NCBI GenBank assembly: GCA_947446575.1
Contig: CANFHC010000007.1
Span: 65,763-129,762, forward strand
Direction of reading: 5' to 3'
Length of the DNA: 64,000 nucleotides
Source: Bacteriovoracaceae bacterium
GTDB taxonomy: Bacteria > Bdellovibrionota > Bacteriovoracia > Bacteriovoracales > Bacteriovoracaceae
Made by a program: the position numbers and the translations under genes. This document shows, in pieces, positions 57,635 to 64,000 of the stretch; position 1 is the stretch's first letter, and the number at the start of each line of letters is the position of its first letter. The notes under the pieces were generated by a model. The model was not told where the DNA came from. It saw nothing but the letters and a program-made list of their open reading frames with translations, and made no database searches.

Positions 57635-58564
57635 CTATCTCTTTTTTGCCCAAAGGCGATCCATTGTTCTTTTCATTGGATGGTGATGATCTTTTTTATA
57701 TTCATGAATTGTTACAGCATTATAATAATCAGAAAAACAAGTGCGCCCATGAAGAACTTGAGCATCGTGAGTTAATAAAATTTCACCTGCTGAAAAACTA
57801 TGGCGGTATTGATTATCTGAATGCTCTAAAATGGCATCGAGTGTATCAAGTGCATACATTTGTTCGTCTGTTAAAGGACGATCAAGTTTTAAATGTGCTG
57901 ATTCCATATAGGGACGAAGATGACGAAATTCTGGTTCACCTTTTTTATTATAAATAATTATCGGTGCTTCATAAGTCGCGTCAGCGACTCCACGTTGTTC
58001 CCAGAAAAAATTCTTTTCTAGTATTGCGAGAACATCAGGGTGTTTTTCTTTTAAAATTTTATGAACAATTAAAGCGTTCACTAAAATATTTTCACCACCG
58101 GCCATAGCGGGAGCGATACAAGCCAGAACAAGATATTCCCATTTATAGGGAACGTTAACGTTATCAGTGTGAATTGTTCCACCCTCTCTTGTCTGGTGAT
58201 AACGAGCACCTTTTAACATTGAATTATTTCTATCGCGATCATAAACGAGAATTGCTCTCTCGCCTGCTTCGTTTTGAATTAAAGTTTCACCTAAAACATT
58301 TCCAAGTAGCCAACTAATCGTTCTTTGTTCTTGAATTGTGTATTTATTGTGAAGATCGATAAATGGTTTTACGATGACTAATCTTTTTCCATTTTCTAAT
58401 TCATTTCTAACTTCCTCTACTTCACGTTTAAAAGTAGGACAGTCATCGTCTTCTAAAATTTTTGCATCTTCAACTTTGTTGTAAACATGCAAAGCTTTTA
58501 TATAGTCGTAAATTTCATTCTGAGCTTCACCCGAAAACGAGTAATAAAAATTATCATTTAGCAT
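57635..58564 (-). CDS. TauD/TfdA-family Fe(II)/2-oxoglutarate-dependent dioxygenase
   Basis: The HxD facial-triad motif (GGTIHTDNVNVP) is followed by ...GGENILVNA... (TauD-like spacing) and a distal ...LHGRT... His/Arg. It is the first gene of the operon. Confidence 0.7.
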   Translation of the reverse strand: MLNDNFYYSFSGEAQNEIYDYIKALHVYNKVEDAKILEDDDCPTFKREVEEVRNELENGKRLVIVKPFIDLHNKYTIQEQRTISWLLGNVLGETLIQNEAGERAILVYDRDRNNSMLKGARYHQTREGGTIHTDNVNVPYKWEYLVLACIAPAMAGGENILVNALIVHKILKEKHPDVLAILEKNFFWEQRGVADATYEAPIIIYNKKGEPEFRHLRPYMESAHLKLDRPLTDEQMYALDTLDAILEHSDNQYRHSFSAGEILLTHDAQVLHGRTCFSDYYNAVTIHEYKKDHHHPMKRTMDRLWAKKR

Positions 58565-58627
58565 GGCATCATCCTGTCTATGTTAGGGGAACAAAATAGC
58601 ACTCCCCTAGGGAGAATTCAACAGTAA

Positions 58628-59068
58628 TTAGAGCTCAATTTTGATAGTGGAATGGTCGTGATTGAAGAGGAATTTTGCTTTTTCAAAACTCGGTGGAAGC
58701 ATGCAATTCTTACAGTTGGAAAAACCGTATTTCTCCTTCGGTATATTGAGAGCATTCTTATCTAAATCCTGGTTCATATTGGCATCGTGATAAAGTTTTA
58801 TTGCATATTCCCCGCAAGGAACATTTTTAAACACGTACTCCACTTTTTTATCATTAATGGGAGATCGCCCTTTCATAAACGACGGCGGGCCATTTTCTTG
58901 AGGCTTAAACGTTAGGGCCTTATCATCTAAGTCGAATTTTATTTGACCATCACTGTTATCAAGCCCCGTGACAATCATTAACAAATCGCCCGAACACGTT
59001 GAAATGGGTAAATCAGCGCTCTGAGCATCGCCCCAAAATAATGCAACTAGAACAAATTTTAAAATCAT
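58628..59068 (-). CDS. DUF2141-family secreted protein
   Basis: It has a signal peptide and ...CGEYAIKLYHDANMNQDLDKNALNIPKEKYGFSN..., the DUF2141 pattern. Confidence 0.55.
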   Translation of the reverse strand: MILKFVLVALFWGDAQSADLPISTCSGDLLMIVTGLDNSDGQIKFDLDDKALTFKPQENGPPSFMKGRSPINDKKVEYVFKNVPCGEYAIKLYHDANMNQDLDKNALNIPKEKYGFSNCKNCMLPPSFEKAKFLFNHDHSTIKIEL

Positions 59069-60894
59069 AATTGTTCGAGTTCTTTATCGTATTTTTTATT
59101 GATAAAATCTAGATTTTCAATTGAGTTAGTCAGTTTTTCGAGCAGATTTTCGATTATCTGATTTAGTTTTCCAACTGCATGAGTGTAGTCATTTAATTTT
59201 GCCGCATCTTGGGCCGCTGCTGCTTTTTCTAACTCAACGGTAATTCTTTGCAGTAAATCTTCGTTTTTAGTAATTTCAGTTTCACAAACTTCAATTTCTT
59301 CCTTTATCGGTTTTGTGAGTTTTCCACGCAAAACGGCAATCTCAGCTCTTCTTTGTTTTATTTCTTTTTCCGTTAATTTCTTTTTTTGATTTCGCGGTTT
59401 AGACTCTTCACTTTCCCAACCAATTTTTTCTAAGAAATCGTCGTAATTTCCATTAAAAAATTCGGCATTTCCGTTGTGAAAAATAACCAGTTTTGTCGCT
59501 AAATTTCGCAGCATAATTTCACTGTGAGTTACAATGACGACGGCACCTGGAAAATTTCCAATTTCTTCAGTTAAAGATTCAATTGATTCCATATCCAAGT
59601 GGTTGGTTGGCTCATCGAGAAGTAAAAGGTTAGCAGGTTTTGCTAAAATTTTCCCAAGTAAAACGCGAGCGCGCTCTCCCCCAGATAAAACTTTTATTTT
59701 CTTTTTAGCCAAATCCCCTTCAAACATCATGGTTCCACAAATATTGCGGACGCCTGAAATAGTGAGTTCATTATTTTCTGCCTGAATTTCTTCAGCAATC
59801 GTATTTTCCATGTTCAAACGATTAATATTCGTTTGACCAAAATGCCCTGTTCTGGCCGCAGGATGATAACTAACTTTTCCCTCAACCGGATCAAGTAATC
59901 CGCCAATGACGTTTAATAAAGTCGATTTACCTTTTCCGTTTTTCCCGATGATTCCGATGCGGTCTTCGCGATTGATGGGAAAACTTAAATTATGAAAAAG
60001 CAGATCATTTTTTGTGCCATCATAAGAAAAACTTAGGTGCTTAACTTCTGCAATTTGTTTGCCCGGACATTCAATAAAACGAAAACGAAATCCCAATGAA
60101 TCCACGTTGTCGAGCTTGTCCATGGTGCTCATTTTTTCCAGCGCTTTCATACGCGATTGTGCTTGAGCAGCCTTTGAAGCTTTCGCTTTAAAGCGCTCAA
60201 CGAACGCTTCCATTTCTTTTCTTTTTTTATCGAGATTTCCGCGCGTTTTTTCGTACATTTCTTCATCTTGAATAATCTGTTCGTAAAATTTCGCAGTATC
60301 GCCTTTAATTTTTTTTAACTGCTTTCTATGTAAGCCCATCGTGTGAGTGACTACATCATCCATAAACTCGCGATCATGGGTAATGATCATAATTTCGCCG
60401 GGAAAACTTTTAAGAAATGTTTTTAGCCAGCGCATACTTACGATATCTAAATAGTTGGTTGGCTCATCTAATAATAATAAATTAGGGGCTTGAAGAAGTA
60501 CTTTGGTTAGATTAATACGAATCTGATACCCACCAGAGAAGCTCTTGGGATCTTTTTGCATGTCTTCTTCAGAAAAACCTAAACCAAATAGTATTTTTTC
60601 TGCTTCGTGCTCATTGAAATCTTCGGGATTTAATACTTGAATACATTCTTCTAAAACACTGGGTTTAGTAAAGTGAATATGTTGCTCAAGAGCACCGAGT
60701 CTATACCCCTTTGGTATAGTCAGTTCTCCAGAATCGGGAGATAACTCTCCGAGAATTAGTTTAAAAAGAGTCGATTTACCCGATCCATTTCTTCCAACTA
60801 GACCCACGCGTTCACGCGGCCCCAGTTGAAAACTGACATTGTCAAAGAGGTCTTGTGCACCGAAATGTTTCGATAAATTTTTTGCTTGGATCAT
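59065..60894 (-). CDS. ABC-F family ATPase (Uup/EttA-like, tandem ABC domains, no transmembrane domain, coiled-coil C-terminus)
   Basis: It has two Walker A motifs (GRNGSGKST, GKNGKGKST), two LSGGE signatures and a C-terminal coiled coil. The length is 609 aa. Confidence 0.85.
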   Translation of the reverse strand: MIQAKNLSKHFGAQDLFDNVSFQLGPRERVGLVGRNGSGKSTLFKLILGELSPDSGELTIPKGYRLGALEQHIHFTKPSVLEECIQVLNPEDFNEHEAEKILFGLGFSEEDMQKDPKSFSGGYQIRINLTKVLLQAPNLLLLDEPTNYLDIVSMRWLKTFLKSFPGEIMIITHDREFMDDVVTHTMGLHRKQLKKIKGDTAKFYEQIIQDEEMYEKTRGNLDKKRKEMEAFVERFKAKASKAAQAQSRMKALEKMSTMDKLDNVDSLGFRFRFIECPGKQIAEVKHLSFSYDGTKNDLLFHNLSFPINREDRIGIIGKNGKGKSTLLNVIGGLLDPVEGKVSYHPAARTGHFGQTNINRLNMENTIAEEIQAENNELTISGVRNICGTMMFEGDLAKKKIKVLSGGERARVLLGKILAKPANLLLLDEPTNHLDMESIESLTEEIGNFPGAVVIVTHSEIMLRNLATKLVIFHNGNAEFFNGNYDDFLEKIGWESEESKPRNQKKKLTEKEIKQRRAEIAVLRGKLTKPIKEEIEVCETEITKNEDLLQRITVELEKAAAAQDAAKLNDYTHAVGKLNQIIENLLEKLTNSIENLDFINKKYDKELEQL

Positions 60895-60976
60895 TGTTAT
60901 CTCGCTTAAGGGGCCATCTTATGCTAAAGTCTCCCGAAATTCATTATATATTTTGATCACCTAGAACAAAGGAAAT

Positions 60977-62818
60977 TTGCCCATGTCTAAGTCTTATAGT
61001 CACCTTAAAAACATCGCGGTCGTAGCTCACGTTGACCATGGTAAAACTACACTTGTAGACTGTCTTTTAAGACAATCTGGAACTTTCGAAGCTCGCGCTG
61101 AGATGACAGACAGAGTAATGGACTCTGGGGAAATCGAAAAAGAACGCGGGATCACAATCACTGCTAAAAACTGTGCATTTGTTTGGAAAGATACAAAAAT
61201 TAATCTTCTAGATACTCCAGGCCATGCTGACTTCGGTGGTGAAGTTGAAAGATCTCTAATGATGGTTGATGGTATTTTACTTCTAGTAGATGCATCTGAA
61301 GGACCCCTTCCTCAAACTCGTTTCGTTCTTACTAAAGCAATGGAACAAAGATTAAAAATCGCGGTTGTTATCAACAAAATCGATAGACCCGATGAACGTA
61401 TTGAAGAAGTTAAGCACGATATCGAAGAACTTTTCTTAGAACTAGCTTCAATGTTAAACATTGAAGACTTCGATTTAGATATTCCTATTATTTACTCATC
61501 AGCTCGCGCTGGTTGGGCAACTCATGACTATAAAGTTGTAAGAACAGATATTAATCCAATCCTAGATTTAATGGTTTCTGATTTCTTCCCTTCTCCACGT
61601 ATTTCAGAAGGACCAGATCTTCAACTTCTTGTTACCAATCTTTCATACTCTCCATACCTGGGACCACTAGCTATCGGACGTATTCAGCGAGGATCAATTA
61701 AAAAGGGTGGTAACTACGCTCTTTGTGACGTTGATAAGAAAAACAAAACTTCAAAAATCACAGCGATCCAAGAATTCTCTGCTTTAGCAATCACTGAAGT
61801 TGAATCTGCTGACGCTGGAGAAATCGTAATCGTTGCAGGTATCGATAACGCTAAAATTGGAGATACAATCGTATCGACAAACAATATCGATCCACTTCCA
61901 CGTATTACTGTTGAACCTCCAACTGTTGGGGTTCAGGTTTCTGTATCTACAAGTCCTATGTCTGGACAAGAAGGTGAATACTTGACGAGTAGAAAGCTGG
62001 AAGAATTTTTACAAGACTCAATTAAAACAAACGTTGCTCTTCAATATGAAGGGACAGATGATCCAAAAGTTTTCATCCTTAAAGGACGTGGAGAACTTCA
62101 ATTAGCAATCGTTTTCGAACAACTTCGTCGTAAGGGATTTGAGTTAATGGTTGGTCGTCCTCAAGTTCTTTTCCAATACGCAGAAGATGGATCAAAACTA
62201 GAACCATTTGAAAAAGTAGTTCTTGATATTCCAAATGAATCAACTGGAGCTATCACTGAGCGTCTTTCTACAAGAAAAGGGATCATGGAAAACATGATGC
62301 CACTTGGAGAATCTAGAACTCGTATGGTTTTCATTATTCCTTCACGTGGATTAATTGGTTACCGTGGGATTTTCTTAACTGATACTCGTGGAGCAGGACT
62401 TATGTCTTCAGAGTTTATGGGATACAAACCATTCACTGGAGAAATGTTAGGAAGACAAAACGGTGCACTAGTTTCAGATAGGGCCGGAAAGATGACTCCA
62501 TACGCTCTTTACAATCTTCTTTCATCTGGAAAACAATTCGTTAAACCAGGAGAGATGACTTATGAAGGTATGGTTATCGGTGAAGCCACTCGCCCGAACG
62601 ATCTAGTATTAAACTGCGTTCGTGAAAAACATTTAACTTCTGTTCGTACTGCTGGAAAAGATGAACAACCAATTCTTCCTCCAATTGTTAACCGCACACT
62701 TGAGTGGGCACTAGATTGGATTGATAATGATGAATGGGTAGAAATTACTCCACAATCAATCCGTATCAGAAAGAAAGAACTTCAAGGAAATAAACGTTCA
62801 GTCGTAAGAAAGGGATAA
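60977..62818 (+). CDS. typA: Translational GTPase TypA/BipA
   Basis: The G1 motif AHVDHGKTTL is followed by DTPGHADF and NKIDR, with EF-G-like domains. The length is 613 aa. Confidence 0.9.
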   Translation: MPMSKSYSHLKNIAVVAHVDHGKTTLVDCLLRQSGTFEARAEMTDRVMDSGEIEKERGITITAKNCAFVWKDTKINLLDTPGHADFGGEVERSLMMVDGILLLVDASEGPLPQTRFVLTKAMEQRLKIAVVINKIDRPDERIEEVKHDIEELFLELASMLNIEDFDLDIPIIYSSARAGWATHDYKVVRTDINPILDLMVSDFFPSPRISEGPDLQLLVTNLSYSPYLGPLAIGRIQRGSIKKGGNYALCDVDKKNKTSKITAIQEFSALAITEVESADAGEIVIVAGIDNAKIGDTIVSTNNIDPLPRITVEPPTVGVQVSVSTSPMSGQEGEYLTSRKLEEFLQDSIKTNVALQYEGTDDPKVFILKGRGELQLAIVFEQLRRKGFELMVGRPQVLFQYAEDGSKLEPFEKVVLDIPNESTGAITERLSTRKGIMENMMPLGESRTRMVFIIPSRGLIGYRGIFLTDTRGAGLMSSEFMGYKPFTGEMLGRQNGALVSDRAGKMTPYALYNLLSSGKQFVKPGEMTYEGMVIGEATRPNDLVLNCVREKHLTSVRTAGKDEQPILPPIVNRTLEWALDWIDNDEWVEITPQSIRIRKKELQGNKRSVVRKG

Positions 62819-62819
62819 T

Positions 62820-63365
62820 ATGAAAAAGCTTATTTGTTTTCTAACACTCGCCATTACACTTAATCTTTCTGCCGCTACCCTGGACGGAATCACTTTTGCA
62901 GACAAAGCTAATGTTGAAGGGAAAGAACTTGTACTTAATGGAATTGGAATCAGAAAAGCAACTTTTCTAAAAATCAAAGTTTATTACGGTGCTCTTTATT
63001 TAGAAGCAAAATCAAAAGATGCGGCTAGCTTTATTGCAGCATCAACTCCAAAACAAATTGTTATGCATTTTGTTCGTGAAGTTGATGCTAAAAAATTGCG
63101 AGATGCTTTTGTTGAAGGAATGGAAGGTTCTAATAAAAACCATGAAGCGTTAAAATCTTCTTTAGAAAAATTTAATTCTTTTATTCCCGACGTTGTAAAA
63201 GATGATTTAATTACCATCACTTTTTTAAATGATGGTGTAACGGTCGCGACTAAAGGAAAAACTTCAGAAAAAATTTCTGGGACTGATTTTTCTAAAGCTC
63301 TTCTCAATATTTGGTTCACTAACCCTCGTGATGAAAACTTAAGAACTGGTCTTTTAGGACTTTAA
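62820..63365 (+). CDS. Chalcone-isomerase-like secreted protein
   Basis: It has a signal peptide and the CHI-like fold pattern (...LVLNGIGIRKATFLKIKVYYGALYLE...). Confidence 0.5.
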   Translation: MKKLICFLTLAITLNLSAATLDGITFADKANVEGKELVLNGIGIRKATFLKIKVYYGALYLEAKSKDAASFIAASTPKQIVMHFVREVDAKKLRDAFVEGMEGSNKNHEALKSSLEKFNSFIPDVVKDDLITITFLNDGVTVATKGKTSEKISGTDFSKALLNIWFTNPRDENLRTGLLGL

Positions 63366-63570
63366 AAACTCAGAAAAATCGCACTCTTAACAATAAGAGT
63401 GCGCTTTCTACCTTATTTCTTGCCACATCGTCCCTTTCCACTCCTTTAATTATCATGTAAAATCAAACCATTAAGGGTCCAAGCTCAAGGTCAAGGCAAT
63501 TTAAACATAATAAATTGATAACTGTTGGTTCTAGTTTATAATTAGTAATAAACAATTTAAGGACAAATTA

Positions 63571-64000
63571 TGGAGCGGAAAATGCACATTACTATAGTCG
63601 ACGACGTTAGAGATAACTTAAGAAGTTATAACGAATTGCTTTCGCCAACCTTTAATCTTGAGCTTATCCAAAACCCAATGGATCTTTTAGGATTTCTTGG
63701 AAAAACACAAACGGATTTAATATTACTGGATCTACATATGCCGACGATTAATGGATTTGAGCTTTATCAAAAATTTAAAGTGACTCATCCTGAGCTTCCA
63801 GTGATTTTCTTAAGTGGAGATCCATCTGAAGAATCCGTTATTAGAGGATTAAACTTAGGCGCAGATGATTTTATAGTAAAACCAGTTTCACTCCGTGAAT
63901 TAGTCGCCCGTATAAAGAATAAAATAAATGTAAACCCCGGCCCTAATTCAGCTGATAACGTTTTATCTTTTGATGGATTTAAACTTTATTGTGATATGCA
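63571..64000 (+). CDS. Response regulator, partial at the window end (receiver domain; likely OmpR or another DNA-binding class)
   Basis: The receiver domain has the DD pair (…TIVDDV…), the phospho-acceptor Asp (ILLDLHMP) and the conserved Lys (…FIVKP). The ORF runs off the window end. Confidence 0.7.

Noticed and set aside
1-64000. CRISPR arrays, rRNA genes, IS elements and integrase or transposase genes
   Set aside because: I found no regularly spaced short direct repeats and no rRNA-like stretches. I also found no ORF with tyrosine or serine recombinase or DDE transposase motifs. Only the small HTH remnants at 18259..18444 and 20406..20597 hint at former mobility genes.

Overview
This is a 64 kb chromosomal window from an AT-rich Gram-negative bacterium (roughly 35% GC by eye). 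The high load of lipoproteins and secreted hydrolases, plus the phosphonate genes, suggest a Bdellovibrionota or Bacteriovoracaceae-like predator, but that is tentative. Almost every gene call rests on protein motifs I recognised by eye, not on database searches.

The window divides into five parts.

- **1–13.9 kb, housekeeping core.** Genes in order: maeB, ridA, a DUF218 gene, a yicC-gmk-spoT operon, a σ54 activator, engB, an acyltransferase and an epimerase.
- **13.9–22.0 kb, decayed island at tRNA-Leu(CAA).** This composite integrative island is delimited by at least four direct repeats copied from the tRNA 3' end. It carries three tandem, diverged copies of a two-gene module (a secreted HExxH metallopeptidase-like protein plus a translationally coupled lipoprotein), two of them mutationally disrupted. 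It also holds an ORF6N-domain gene and a truncated duplicate, a HigB/HigA-like toxin-antitoxin pair whose toxin has a nonsense codon at codon 5, a BrnA-like antitoxin beside a truncated BrnT remnant, and a duplicated small helix-turn-helix ORF. No integrase gene is present.
- **22–37 kb, mixed functions.** These include a methyl-accepting chemotaxis protein (MCP), truA, slyX, a diheme cytochrome c, lepB, a glutathione S-transferase (GST), two response regulators, a flotillin-like SPFH protein, hemJ and msrB.
- **37–50 kb, accessory metabolism.** A TetR/TolC-like/RND efflux unit has no adjacent adaptor gene. A methionine-salvage cluster (mtnB-mtnD-mtnC) sits next to a divergent methionine aminotransferase. 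A putative periplasmic copper or redox cluster follows.
- **49.7–58.6 kb, phosphonate biosynthesis operon.** It runs from a TauD-like Fe/2OG dioxygenase through a LicC-like nucleotidyltransferase, a LysE-like permease, a PEP mutase fused to a nucleotidyltransferase, phosphonopyruvate decarboxylase, an M13 peptidase and an AEP transaminase to a YkgJ-type protein. I read this as activated 2-aminoethylphosphonate synthesis, possibly giving a 1-hydroxy-AEP head group of the kind known in Bacteriovorax sphingophosphonolipids. Downstream lie a DUF2141 gene, an ABC-F ATPase, typA, a chalcone-isomerase-like protein and a partial response regulator.
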